Positions 40,002 to 50,150 are shown, counted from the first letter of the stretch. The stretch is 64,000 nucleotides of DNA from Nitrososphaerota archaeon (GCA_011605725.1 JAAOZP010000012.1:1-64000), one strand, 5' to 3'. The notes: generated by a model from the sequence alone, not told the origin. Numbers and translations are program-made.

Positions 40002-41084
40002 ATGAACGATTCTTCTGGAAGCGAACGATGGGTTCATCCGTTTTGCCACCCGCTTGAAACAAGCAGGAACGGCCCATTCTCCGCCCTAGACGACGGCACC
40101 TTGATGACTATAGATGATGAAGGGTTAAAGACGAGTAGGGACGACGGGAGAACCTGGTCTCCACCTTTATCCACTATCCCGGGAATAAGGAGTGATGAGC
40201 CGGGTTCACACTATATCTTGCAGACGAAGAATAAGATTCTCGTAACCGTCTACCTAGATTTCACGACTTACAGGTTTAGTTGGAACGAGGAGGAGAGTGA
40301 ACCAGGTGACGATTGCCGGCTGGAACTTTGGGCAGCCCGCAGCCTCGACGGCGGCAAGACCTGGGTTGACAGGCAGAGGCTTTTAGAAGGCTATAATGCT
40401 AATTTCTTCGGATTCATCCAGACTAGGAGTGGGAGGATTGTTGCAACTGTTGAACACTTATGTAGGAACCCGGGTCGCTTCGTAGCCTGCTCCCTGTTTT
40501 CAGACGACGATGGGAAAACTTGGAGGAGGAGCAACTTTATCGACCTTGGTGGGCGCGGCCACCATGACGGGGCGATGGAGCCGACCGTAGCGGAGTTGAG
40601 CGACGGACGCTTACTCATGCTTATAAGGACAACTCTTGACTGTTTCTGGCAGGCTTTCTCAGAGGACGGGGGAGAGTACTGGCGGGTCGTTAAGCCCAGC
40701 CAGATAGACGCCAGTAATTCCCCCGGATACCTGTTGAGGTTAAAGAGTAACCGTCTAGTCCTAGTATGGAACCGTTTAAACCCTGAGGGAAGAGTATGGG
40801 AGAAGGCTAAGCCAGGACCGGCTTCAGAAAGACCCGTGTCTTGGCACAGGGAGGAGCTTTCAATAGCTTTCTCTGAGGATGATGGTGAGAACTGGACTAA
40901 GCCGATTGTTATTGCAAGACAGAAAGGTGGACAGTTAAGCTATCCGTATTTGTTTGAGCGTCGCCCCGGTGAGCTCTGGATTACTGCAGGCTTTGCCTTT
41001 AAAAAAGGATGGCGGGAGCCACTGCCGTTGAGGCTTAAGCTGTTTGAAGAGGATTTTTTAAAGAACGTTTTGAAACAGGCTTAG
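40002..41084 (+). CDS. Sialidase-like BNR/Asp-box beta-propeller
   Basis: Five Asp boxes (SRDDGRTW, SLDGGKTW, SDDDGKTW, SEDGGEYW, SEDDGENW), MEPTVAEL, LSYP. Confidence 0.85.
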   Translation: MNDSSGSERWVHPFCHPLETSRNGPFSALDDGTLMTIDDEGLKTSRDDGRTWSPPLSTIPGIRSDEPGSHYILQTKNKILVTVYLDFTTYRFSWNEEESEPGDDCRLELWAARSLDGGKTWVDRQRLLEGYNANFFGFIQTRSGRIVATVEHLCRNPGRFVACSLFSDDDGKTWRRSNFIDLGGRGHHDGAMEPTVAELSDGRLLMLIRTTLDCFWQAFSEDGGEYWRVVKPSQIDASNSPGYLLRLKSNRLVLVWNRLNPEGRVWEKAKPGPASERPVSWHREELSIAFSEDDGENWTKPIVIARQKGGQLSYPYLFERRPGELWITAGFAFKKGWREPLPLRLKLFEEDFLKNVLKQA

Positions 41085-41167
41085 GGCAAGCCTATTGTCT
41101 AACAGCTTGCCGCATTCAAGTAGAAAAAGTTAATAGAAGCGGAAACCATGAATCCATACGATGAGGA

Positions 41168-42655
41168 ATGAAGAGCACTAGAATAGGTTTAACAATGCTT
41201 CTCGACGAGAGGAAGCATGTTTATCCGAATTATTACGAGAAATGTTACAGGGCTGTTGAAAACTGGGCAAGGTTCATCAGAGATTCGATAAAGTTTTCAG
41301 ATGGCGGTTCGCCGGAGACAGTTGTTTCATCGGAACTCATAAACTCGATAAACACTGCAAGGAGGGTTGGAGAGGAGTTTATAAGCAAGGGAGTTAGGCA
41401 AGTAATCCTTGTTTACAACGTCTGGAATTTCCCATACCTAGTCTGGCCTTTCGTTAACACTCTGGGGAAGGATAAGCCGATACTTAACCTTTCGAACAAC
41501 GAGGGCAAGTATCCAGGCAACGTCGGCCTACTTGCTACGGATGGTGCTTTGAGGCAGGCTGGCTTCAGGACGCATAGGATTATCGGCGATCCTGAAGACC
41601 CGGTGGTGAAGGAGAAGGTGAAGAAATGGGTTATGGCGGCAATAGCTGCGACAAACATTAGGAACGAGGTTTATGGCATGTACGGTGGACATTCTATGGG
41701 AATGGAGACGGGCTATTTCCACCTCGTCCCCATACAGAGGTATTTCGGAACCACTGTAAGCCAGGTTGACCAGCTGCTCCTGGTTGAGAGAATGAAGGAG
41801 ATAGATGATCAGGAGGTTGAAAAAGGCTTGAAATGGATTGAAGAGACAATAGGCGAAATAAAGTATGACGGAAAAATGCTTACGAGAGAAACACTTGGAA
41901 AGCAGATAAGAATGTACCTTGCGGTCAGAAGGATAAACGAGGAGATGGGTTTCGACTTCTGCGGGATTAAGGGTCAGAGAGAGCTTTCCGAACACGTGGT
42001 AATACCCGATGTCGCCGAAATGTTGCTTAACGATCCGTATGACTGGAACGGCCCTAAGGAGCCGACTGTCTGCGCCACCGAAGCCGATTCTTTCGCCGCA
42101 TTAACAATGCAGATACTGAAGTATGTAAGTGGCGGGCTGCCTGTTCTCTTTATGGATGTTCGACTCTACCATCCTGATTTAAACGTGTGGGACTTCTGCA
42201 ACTCCGGTAATCATGCAAGCTGGTATGCTTCAAGAAGCTTCAACCCCAAGGATAATCTGAGAAAGGTTACGCTTCACCCTGCGTTAGAACTCTACTTTAA
42301 AGCAGGAGGAGCATCCGTCTCATTCGACGCCGGCCCAGGAGAACTAACTTTCGCCAGACTAGGCTTGTTCAACGACAAGATTTACATGATAATAGTTAAG
42401 GGTGAAAGCATGGAGCTCGATGAGGAGACAAGGCGGAGGATAAACGCGGAAACTGATCCCACGTGGCCTCACGTACATGCTAGGTTGAAATGCTCGTATG
42501 AAGAGTTTACAGAAATGTTTCCAGCTAACCATATTCACGCCGTCGCTGGAGATCGTGTTCAAGAATTGAAATACTTCTGTGAAATAACTGGCGTGACACC
42601 AATAGTCTTAGGAGGGGAAGAGTATTCGAAGCCTATTTGGGACCTTCTCAAGTAA
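41168..42655 (+). CDS. L-fucose/D-arabinose isomerase family protein
   Basis: GGHSMGM, GIKGQRELS, LLNDPYDWNGPKEP, ATEAD, FMDVR, CNSG, WPH, ANHIH. Confidence 0.88.
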   Translation: MKSTRIGLTMLLDERKHVYPNYYEKCYRAVENWARFIRDSIKFSDGGSPETVVSSELINSINTARRVGEEFISKGVRQVILVYNVWNFPYLVWPFVNTLGKDKPILNLSNNEGKYPGNVGLLATDGALRQAGFRTHRIIGDPEDPVVKEKVKKWVMAAIAATNIRNEVYGMYGGHSMGMETGYFHLVPIQRYFGTTVSQVDQLLLVERMKEIDDQEVEKGLKWIEETIGEIKYDGKMLTRETLGKQIRMYLAVRRINEEMGFDFCGIKGQRELSEHVVIPDVAEMLLNDPYDWNGPKEPTVCATEADSFAALTMQILKYVSGGLPVLFMDVRLYHPDLNVWDFCNSGNHASWYASRSFNPKDNLRKVTLHPALELYFKAGGASVSFDAGPGELTFARLGLFNDKIYMIIVKGESMELDEETRRRINAETDPTWPHVHARLKCSYEEFTEMFPANHIHAVAGDRVQELKYFCEITGVTPIVLGGEEYSKPIWDLLK

Positions 42656-42694
42656 TGAAAACACTGGATCAGTTCTTTCTGCATTTGATTTATA

Positions 42695-43204
42695 CTATTT
42701 CTTTTCCAGTTTTCTATAGACCGTTAAGCCTAATAATCCAAAGTAGTATATTATTCCAAACATCCCCATCCAAATGCATATAGTATAGATGTGGAGCGCG
42801 AGCGATGGTTTGTAGAAGGGGTTTGTCATTATCGGATAAAACGGTTTTATGTCTTCGTAAAGCGGAGTATCCATTAGAAGGTGAAGACTTGTTCCTAAAG
42901 CACCTGCGGCAAGGAAGGACCTTAGGTTCAAGTTGTTTGCTTCTAATAAGAATATTTTGTAGAGCCGGCGTAGTAACCTTTCAAGAAGATGCATAACATA
43001 GCCGAAGGCTAAACCCGTTGGTATAGCTAACGGAAAGGTATGTAAGTATCCGTGCAACGGATAATTTAAACCGAAAACTAGAACTAAAAAGGGCTCCACA
43101 TCGATGATGACGTTTGCCAAAATAAACGTTGGAGCATGAAGATATTTTCTAAGCGGCAAACCAAGCCCGAAGCCAGGACCCAAATGAAAGGGGGTAAAGG
43201 GCAC
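42695..43204 (-). CDS. Membrane-bound metal-dependent hydrolase-like protein
   Basis: MPFTPFHLGP, DVEP, HGYLHT, HLLMD. Confidence 0.75.
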   Translation of the reverse strand: MPFTPFHLGPGFGLGLPLRKYLHAPTFILANVIIDVEPFLVLVFGLNYPLHGYLHTFPLAIPTGLAFGYVMHLLERLLRRLYKIFLLEANNLNLRSFLAAGALGTSLHLLMDTPLYEDIKPFYPIMTNPFYKPSLALHIYTICIWMGMFGIIYYFGLLGLTVYRKLEKK

Positions 43205-43372
43205 AACTTAACCATTATGATATTGGTTATAAAGTTTTATTGATCCGCATGCTTAAAGGTCTTCGAATATTTCTGCAGAAGAATTTACTAGTGTTCTTCA
43301 GGGAGTACTGGTGATGCTGAAACCAGTTTATTCGTAAAATAAACCACTATCTTTATAAACAGGCTGTAGTCT

Positions 43373-44428
43373 TTGAAAAGCATGCAGGCTGATTACGACC
43401 CTTTAAAAATATTTTTAGAAAAGTATGAAAAAGACAGAAGGATCTTCTCCTTCGAAGCTAAAGATCTTTCAGAGTGGAAGTCTTGGCGCCTAGGTTTCAG
43501 AAGGAAGCTTACCGAGCTTATCGGACTTGATTTCTTCGAAAGCGCAGAGATCTCGCCTGAAACAGTGGATAAGAAGCACTATCCCGGCTACATTAGGGAA
43601 AAAGTGATTCTGAAAAGCGACCCCTATACCTTAATACCGGTATACGTGCTGGTTCCGGAAAAGTGTGAAAACACCCTGCCCGCCGTACTGGCTATGCATG
43701 GACATGGTTACGGAAAGGATGACCTAGTAGGCATTTGGGAGGATGGGACTGACCGTGTAAACCCCGTATCGAGAGGCTACCAGAAGGATTTCGCGTTGGA
43801 ACTCGTTAAACGAGGCCTAATCGTGATAGTCCCGGAGCAAAGCGGTTTTGGAGAACGCAGAACCAAGGAGGACATTGCAAAGGGTAGTGAGCAGAGCTCG
43901 TGTAAAATGCTTTCCCTATGGGCTTTGATGATGGGAACTACAACCATGGGTCGGAGAGTATGGGATGCTATCAGGGTGTTAGACTATGTTCTCACCAGGA
44001 AGGATGTTGATCATTCAAGAATAGGCATGATGGGAATATCTGGAGGCGGGACTACAACGCTTTTCACATCAGCTTTGGACGACAGGATTAGGGTCGTCGT
44101 GATAAGCGGCTACCTGAACACTTTCAGGAGCAGCATACTGGCAGTTGACCATTGCATAGACAACTATGTACCTAGTATACTCAGATACTGCGAGATGTAC
44201 GATGTGGCTGCTCTAATCGCGCCGAGGCCACTTTTGGTTGAAAGCGGCTCTAAAGACCCTATTTTCCCAATAGAAGCCACGAGATATGCTTGTGAGAAAG
44301 TACGTAGGGCCTATGCCTTGCTGAAAGCCGAGGATCGGTTTGACACGGACTTCTTCGAGGGAAGGCATGAGATAAGTGGAAGGAAATCATACGAATTCAT
44401 GGCTAAATGGCTGAAAGAAATTAACTAA
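43373..44428 (+). CDS. Alpha/beta hydrolase (dienelactone hydrolase/acetyl esterase-like)
   Basis: HGHG, GISGGG nucleophile elbow, LIAPRPLL, DPIFP, GRHE. Confidence 0.88.
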   Translation: MKSMQADYDPLKIFLEKYEKDRRIFSFEAKDLSEWKSWRLGFRRKLTELIGLDFFESAEISPETVDKKHYPGYIREKVILKSDPYTLIPVYVLVPEKCENTLPAVLAMHGHGYGKDDLVGIWEDGTDRVNPVSRGYQKDFALELVKRGLIVIVPEQSGFGERRTKEDIAKGSEQSSCKMLSLWALMMGTTTMGRRVWDAIRVLDYVLTRKDVDHSRIGMMGISGGGTTTLFTSALDDRIRVVVISGYLNTFRSSILAVDHCIDNYVPSILRYCEMYDVAALIAPRPLLVESGSKDPIFPIEATRYACEKVRRAYALLKAEDRFDTDFFEGRHEISGRKSYEFMAKWLKEIN

Positions 44429-44459
44429 TATTCCTAGAAACAGAAAGTTACCGCTTTTG

Positions 44460-44479
44460 GATAAAAATACATTTTTATC
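44460..44479. promoter_or_regulatory. Palindromic operator upstream of the RiPP precursor
   Basis: GATAAAAAT-AC-ATTTTTATC perfect inverted repeat. Confidence 0.5.
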
Positions 44480-44537
44480 AACTAAAAATTAAAAAATACT
44501 TATCTGAAAAATTTCTAATAGAGGTGGAAAATAAAAG

Positions 44538-44660
44538 ATGAAGGTAATTATTCTCGAAAAAGGAAGCAAGGCATGGTATAGGTATACGGCTTGTAACACT
44601 GTAGGATGCGGCCAGAACTGCACCCCTGTCGGATGCGGGAGCTTTATCTCTCCCTATTGA
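44538..44660 (+). CDS. Putative RiPP precursor peptide, 40 aa: MKVIILEKGSKAWYRYTACNTVGCGQNCTPVGCGSFISPY
   Basis: Not in the ORF track; GAGGTGG RBS at 44521; repeated CxxVGCG core; ends 23 bp upstream of the radical SAM gene. Confidence 0.8.
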   Translation: MKVIILEKGSKAWYRYTACNTVGCGQNCTPVGCGSFISPY

Positions 44661-44683
44661 GACTTTAATTCAGAAAAGAGATA

Positions 44684-45586
44684 ATGTCCTCTATTGAGAC
44701 TATCGGTCAAGAAAGGAGATTAAGATTATCTGGATATTGCCTCATCATTCCCTACGATAAAGAAACTTACATACTTTTTCATACATTGAAAGGCGGGATT
44801 GCACTTATTGATGTAGAAGCCAAAAATTTTTTGGAATCCCACAGTAAATCAGGCTTTGCTGCTAGTGAAATCAAAGAATCGCAAGTAAGAGAAGCGGTTC
44901 TCAATTTACTGGAATCAGGGTTTCTTATAGATGAAGAAGTCGATGAATCTGCATTATATAGGTATTTTTTAAACAGGAATCGCTTTGATCATTTTCATGC
45001 AGCCTTCTTGATTTTGACTACCTATGCTTGTAATTTAGCCTGTAAGTACTGTTATCAAGGCTTACAAAAAAGAACCGACATCATGACGCTACATATAGCA
45101 GAAACAGTTAGTAAGTGGATATGCAAGTTGTTAGACTTTAGGAATTCCCGGTCAATCGGTATAATTTTTTATGGAGGTGAACCGTTGTTAAATATAGCAG
45201 CATTAAAATCCGTTAGTAATAATTTATTAAGCTGGAGTAGGCGTACAGGCCGTGAATTATTTACAGGACTTATAACAAATGGAGTATTGCTAACAAGACA
45301 ACTTGCAAATGAATTAGTAGATTCATATGGCTTAAGGCAAGTTCATGTTACGTTTGACGGTAACAAACTTTATCATGATTTAAGGAGATGTTTCCCAAAT
45401 GGAAGCGGCACTTTTGACATCATCTTATCCAACTTACTAAGCTACGTAGATTCCGTGGCTACTATAACTGTGAGAGTAAACTTAGATAAGCATAATGTTG
45501 GAACAGTACCTAAACTATTGGATGTCTTTCAGAGTTACGGTCTTGAAAAGAGCGAGATACGCCTTAGATATAATGGGTTTAAATGA
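44684..45586 (+). pseudogene. Peptide-modifying radical SAM enzyme (RRE-like N-terminus), lacking the expected C-terminal SPASM domain
   Basis: CNLACKYC, FYGGEPLL, ITNGVLL, VTFDG...HDLRR, VRVNLD; sequence switches to ABC ATPase near 45540. Confidence 0.8.
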
Positions 45587-46170
45587 ATTCGAAACTAGTT
45601 ATCCTTCGACACTGTCTTCAGGATATAGACAAAGAACAGCTTTAGCCAGAGGGCTAGCTGTAGACTCCCCAATCTTCTTAGATGAGCCTACGATGAACCT
45701 TGACCCAATTTCAGCAGAGGGTTTCAGAGAGTTCGTGAAGAGCACACTTAGTTTAAGGTTGAGACGCACCATAGTGTGGACGACGCATGTTTTAAGTGAA
45801 GCTGAAAAGCTTGGAGATAGAATTGGAATAATGAAAAAAGGGAAATTTATCATTTGCGATTCTCTGAGAAACTTGATAAAAGGTGCGAATCTGAACACGT
45901 TCAAATTAACGATCTCTGGTATAAATGTGGACGCGTTAGAACAGAAGATCTCTCAATTTAAGAAAAGCTTCGATAAGGGCATTACGGTTCGTCTGCTAAG
46001 CTATGATAACGGAATTACTGAGATAAAAGTGATAGGAGCAGTGGAACACGAGCAAGTAGAAAAAAAACATAAGCTCATGCCTGGACGGCTCTCAAAGGAT
46101 TTTAGAAATCAATGAAGTGAAGCCCTCGTTAGAAGAAGCATTCGTTTTTTATGCTGGTGAATTTCAATGA
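45540..46170 (+). pseudogene. ABC exporter ATP-binding subunit, N-terminal half missing, frameshift in an A8 run (46060-46067)
   Basis: LSSGYRQR, IFLDEPT and TTH present, no Walker A; removing one A gives ...KPSLEEAF...* overlapping the permease ATG. Confidence 0.8.
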
Positions 46171-47081
46171 GCGAACAATATTATCGTAAGTTGTTACGAA
46201 AACCGAGGCTAAGTATAAGGGATTACATTCCAGTATTCTCCGTTTTCGTAAAGCGCTCAGCAAAACAAATAAGTTTCTATAAGACGAGTTTTGTTTTCAA
46301 TATTGTTGGAGTAATTACGGGCGTGCTTTCTTACTATTTCGTGAAATTGACACTGAATCCTTCTGAAATCATAAGCAATTTGGCGCCGTATGGAGGGGAC
46401 TTTATGGCATTTCTTATAGTTGGCATCGCCTTCCAACAATATATAGATCTTGCGCTACACGGGTATTATGAAGGCCTTGCAAGTGCATATTGGGGCTCGA
46501 CCTTAGAACAGTACCTTGTTTCACCGTTGAATCCATTGGTTTTTTCTATAGCACAAGTAATTTGGAGTTTCATCATCAGGAGTCTAAACTTTTTGTTATA
46601 CCTCATAATTGGCATTGCATTGTTTAAAGTGAAGATATTTCCCCTTAGTATTATACCTGTAATTTTGATATTTTGCATTTCAACCATTGCTGTATCTGGA
46701 CTCGGCCTTCTGTCGGCAAGCACTTTTATGCTAATGAACGCAAAGGGTTGGGAGGACCCGATTAGGTGGGCAATCACTACGTTAGAGGGATTAGTCATAG
46801 GAACCTATTATACCCCGGAAATACTTCCGATTCCTTTACAAGTCCTCGGTCTTCTGCTCCCGCAAACTTACGCGTTAGATGCATTAAGACGTTTGCTCAT
46901 AGTGGGTGCTACTTCTGAGAAAGTATTACTTGCACACTCCTTCATCCCAGTAGATCCAATTATAGGTGATATTCTTATCCTACTTGCGATTTCTATTATT
47001 TATGTTCCCCTCGGATACTACGTATTTAACAGAGGAATAAGGTACGCCCAGAAAATTGGTAATTTAACAAGACGGGTCTAG
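46167..47081 (+). CDS. ABC-2 type exporter permease
   Basis: About 6 TM helices, STLEQYLVSP, GTYYTPEILP, LPQTYALDALR. Confidence 0.88.
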   Translation: MSEQYYRKLLRKPRLSIRDYIPVFSVFVKRSAKQISFYKTSFVFNIVGVITGVLSYYFVKLTLNPSEIISNLAPYGGDFMAFLIVGIAFQQYIDLALHGYYEGLASAYWGSTLEQYLVSPLNPLVFSIAQVIWSFIIRSLNFLLYLIIGIALFKVKIFPLSIIPVILIFCISTIAVSGLGLLSASTFMLMNAKGWEDPIRWAITTLEGLVIGTYYTPEILPIPLQVLGLLLPQTYALDALRRLLIVGATSEKVLLAHSFIPVDPIIGDILILLAISIIYVPLGYYVFNRGIRYAQKIGNLTRRV

Positions 47082-47396
47082 GACTTTGATTTATCCGATT
47101 TAGCGCACGCTATGACCCAGTTAAATTTTTTAGATTCTATAAAGGAGGTGGAGAAGTTAACACAGTTCAAAATCTTCATCCAACGTTAAGGACCTTTCTC
47201 ATCCATTGATTGAACGAAATTTATGAGCCAATCCCTAATAGCGCGTGCTTCTATTTGAGACACTGAAAATGAAATATAAGGAAACCAATTTATGTAGTAT
47301 TAGTCATAAGTAAAGGTACGATTATATGTTTCTCTAAAAGAGGACAAAGATAACCGATTAGGCAAGCCAAGTACCCATCTAAGCTAGGATGAATTT

Positions 47397-48716
47397 TTAC
47401 TCTAACAACCACTTCCATAGCGGTAAGCATTTTACTATTTTATTGTCAACCCTAATCTCATCCTCATAATCCCATGTTATTATCAACAGATCTTTACACC
47501 TTAGCTCTTCACCCGCCTTTATCAAACTTTTGATTTCCCTTTTTTCAATCTCATCCTTGCCAGAAGCATAAGTAACTTGAATCAATTTTTTAACGTTCAT
47601 GCCTTCTTTTAAAACAAAATCGACTTCTCTCTGTTGGTAATCTTTCCAATAATAAACTTCTAGCTCTCTGGACCATAGGCTTCTCCTTCTTAGCAGCTCA
47701 ATCGCAACAACATTTTCCATAATTTTGCCTAAATTTTCGATGAATCTAAAACCCATTAGAGTAAAGAAAGAAATATCGGTCAAATAGTTTTTCTTTGGAG
47801 ACCTTTCTTGTTCCTTAACGCTAAAGGAAAATCTATCGATGAAATTTGTCATTCTTGCAATCTGAAAATATTTGGTAAATCTTTCAGTAGTCTTCAGGGG
47901 TGTTTCTATCTCTCTACTTATACCTCTGATGCTTATTAAGGAAGATGGGTTTGAAATCAAGAATCTTCCTACTGCTCTCAAGTATTCGTCCGCTCTAATC
48001 CTGAATCTCTTTTCTATGTCTTTTATAACTATCGTTTCCCAATAATTTTCAACTATCCTTCTTCTTTTTTCCTCGTTTTTTTCTAAAACGATTTCGGGAA
48101 ATCCTCCAAACTTTAAGTATGATGTCATCCACTCCTTAAATAAAGCTGGTTTTAAAATAATATCTCCTTTGGAGAATTCAATTCCATTAAACAAAAGAAA
48201 TTCCTCAAAGGACAGTGGAAAAATTTCAAAACTTATACATCTTCCAGCCAAAATGCTTTCAAATTCTTCAGCCATTAGCCTTGCACTACTTCCGGAGACG
48301 ATAATTCTTGCCTCGTTTTTTTCATGTAGACTTCTAACGAATTTTTCCCAAAAACTAACTTCTTGAATTTCATCTAGGATTATCAGCGGCTTTCCTCTGA
48401 AATTAATGAATTCCCTATAAGCTTCATAAATTTTGATCAAAAAGTCTTTGTCTAATTTTGCGGGGAATTTCATTTCCTCAAAATTTACATATAGGACTCC
48501 CTCGGCACTTTTAGCTTCGCTAACTTCTTTAGCAACCTGTCTCAAGATGTAAGATTTTCCGCTCCTTCTTATGCCAAAAACCGATATTATTTTGTTTACC
48601 CCATTTAAGTATGAGGTTATTTTTTGAATATACGTCCCTCTTTTCGTACCTATTTCTGCCCCCTCTCCCCAAAAGTTCCAGCCTGAAAGTACCTCCATGA
48701 TTTGCCCTTTCTTCAT
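47397..48716 (-). CDS. Archaeal ATP-binding protein (AAA_14 plus DUF4143-type)
   Basis: GIRRSGKS, ILDEIQ, VSGSSA, GGFPE, MENVV, EVDFV..IQV. Confidence 0.9.
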   Translation of the reverse strand: MKKGQIMEVLSGWNFWGEGAEIGTKRGTYIQKITSYLNGVNKIISVFGIRRSGKSYILRQVAKEVSEAKSAEGVLYVNFEEMKFPAKLDKDFLIKIYEAYREFINFRGKPLIILDEIQEVSFWEKFVRSLHEKNEARIIVSGSSARLMAEEFESILAGRCISFEIFPLSFEEFLLFNGIEFSKGDIILKPALFKEWMTSYLKFGGFPEIVLEKNEEKRRRIVENYWETIVIKDIEKRFRIRADEYLRAVGRFLISNPSSLISIRGISREIETPLKTTERFTKYFQIARMTNFIDRFSFSVKEQERSPKKNYLTDISFFTLMGFRFIENLGKIMENVVAIELLRRRSLWSRELEVYYWKDYQQREVDFVLKEGMNVKKLIQVTYASGKDEIEKREIKSLIKAGEELRCKDLLIITWDYEDEIRVDNKIVKCLPLWKWLLE

Positions 48717-48727
48717 CTTTTCTTAAC

Positions 48728-48763
48728 TATGTGGCACAATATTTAAACTTTTTGTGTCACATA
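48728..48763. promoter_or_regulatory. Inverted repeat flanking the TATA box of the ATPase gene
   Basis: TATGTGGCACAA-tatttaaacttt-TTGTGTCACATA, 12-bp arms with 1 mismatch. Confidence 0.6.
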
Positions 48764-48818
48764 AAGGCTTAAAAGGTACGCTCCTTAACAAAAAAAGGTT
48801 AATGTATAGCGTGTGCTT

Positions 48819-48873
48819 GGCATACCTCAGCAAAGGAAAAGCATGAAGCCGGCTTCAGCCGTGGGAGTGTCAA
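48819..48873 (+). mobile_element. Right-end remnant of an IS200/IS605 (tnpB-type) element
   Basis: GAAGCCGGCTTCAGCCGTGGGAGTGTCAA resembles IS605/IS1341 right ends; the intact paralogue has TTAC at the equivalent site. Confidence 0.6.
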
Positions 48874-49115
48874 AAGTCCTCGGTCTCCTGCTCCCGCAAG
48901 CTTACGCGTTAGATGCATCGAGGCGTTTGCTCATAGCGGGCTCCACTTCCCAGAAGGTATTACCTATGCGATCCCTTATTCCAGTAGACCCAATTATAGG
49001 TGATGTCGTTGTCCTACTCGCGATTTCCGTCGTTTATGTTCCCCTCGGGTACTATGCATTTCGCAGTGGAATAAGGTATGCGCAAAGAATTGGCAATTTA
49101 ACAAGATGGGTTTAG
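48874..49115 (+). pseudogene. 3' fragment of a second ABC permease copy
   Basis: Closely similar to 46840-47081 (VLGLLLPQxYALDA...IGNLTRxV). Confidence 0.85.
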
Positions 49116-49319
49116 AATTCTGATTTGTTCACTTAACAAATAATACAAAATCGTATGTCAGTCTTGGTGCGTGTCTAATTTATTAGAAGTGCATCTTAGT
49201 TCTACCAGCCTTTTTCTGTAAAGGCTCCAGCTCCTGATGTGTTATTTTGACAATATGCGCTTGACACCACCTATCCATAAGAGTTAAATAGTTACACATT
49301 TCCAACTAACGCGAAACAG

Positions 49320-50114
49320 ATGAAAGTATGGATAATGACGGATCTTGAGGGGGTTGCAGGGGTCTTCAGCTTCGAAGAACATGCAAGCCCTAAGGGTAGG
49401 TGGTACGATCTTTCTAGGAAACTCTTGACTCAAGAGGTGAATGCTGCTATTGAGGGCGCGCTGGAACAGGGGGCTAAGGAAGTGCTCGTCGTCGACGGTC
49501 ACGGATATGGCGCGGTAAACATAGAGGAGCTTAATCCTGAGGCTAAGCTTCTCTCGGGTAGGCCACTCCTAATTCCATGGGGTTTGGAGAAAGGGTTTGA
49601 AGCAGCCTTTATGATAGGGCAGCATGCCATGGCGGGTGTGGAGAAGGCGCACCTGAGCCATACTGAGAGCCATACTGCTATTCAAAACGTTTGGATAAAC
49701 GGGGTTAAAGCCGGAGAGATAGCGATAGTTGCTGCAGTAGCAGGGTATTTCGACGTACCACTGGTTTTAGTCACAGGCGATAAGGCTGCATGTCTCGAGG
49801 CGGAGTCTCTAATACCTGGGTTGGAAACCGTGGGTGTAAAAGAAGGGTTAAGCCACGGGGCGGCAGTAAGTGTGACGCCGACTAAGGCTAGGATAATGAT
49901 TAAAAACGGTGCTAAGAATGCTCTTGCAAAAGCGAGCAGCATACTTCCCTATAGAGTGAAAAAGCCGGTTGAGCTCGTAGTCGAGTTTACTGAGGAGAGC
50001 AAGAGTTCTGCTGAAGTACTGTCTAGAAGACCAGGTGTGAAAAGAATCGATACTAGAACAATAAAAATCGAGGAGAATGATCTGCTTGAAGCCCTTAGAA
50101 GATGGTGGATGTAA
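49320..50114 (+). CDS. D-aminopeptidase, M55 (DppA) family
   Basis: MTDLEGVAG, VVDGHG, IGQHAMAG, LSHT, VTGD. Confidence 0.9.
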   Translation: MKVWIMTDLEGVAGVFSFEEHASPKGRWYDLSRKLLTQEVNAAIEGALEQGAKEVLVVDGHGYGAVNIEELNPEAKLLSGRPLLIPWGLEKGFEAAFMIGQHAMAGVEKAHLSHTESHTAIQNVWINGVKAGEIAIVAAVAGYFDVPLVLVTGDKAACLEAESLIPGLETVGVKEGLSHGAAVSVTPTKARIMIKNGAKNALAKASSILPYRVKKPVELVVEFTEESKSSAEVLSRRPGVKRIDTRTIKIEENDLLEALRRWWM

Positions 50115-50150
50115 CCGTGTTATGAAACATTGTTACATAAATTTTTCAGG

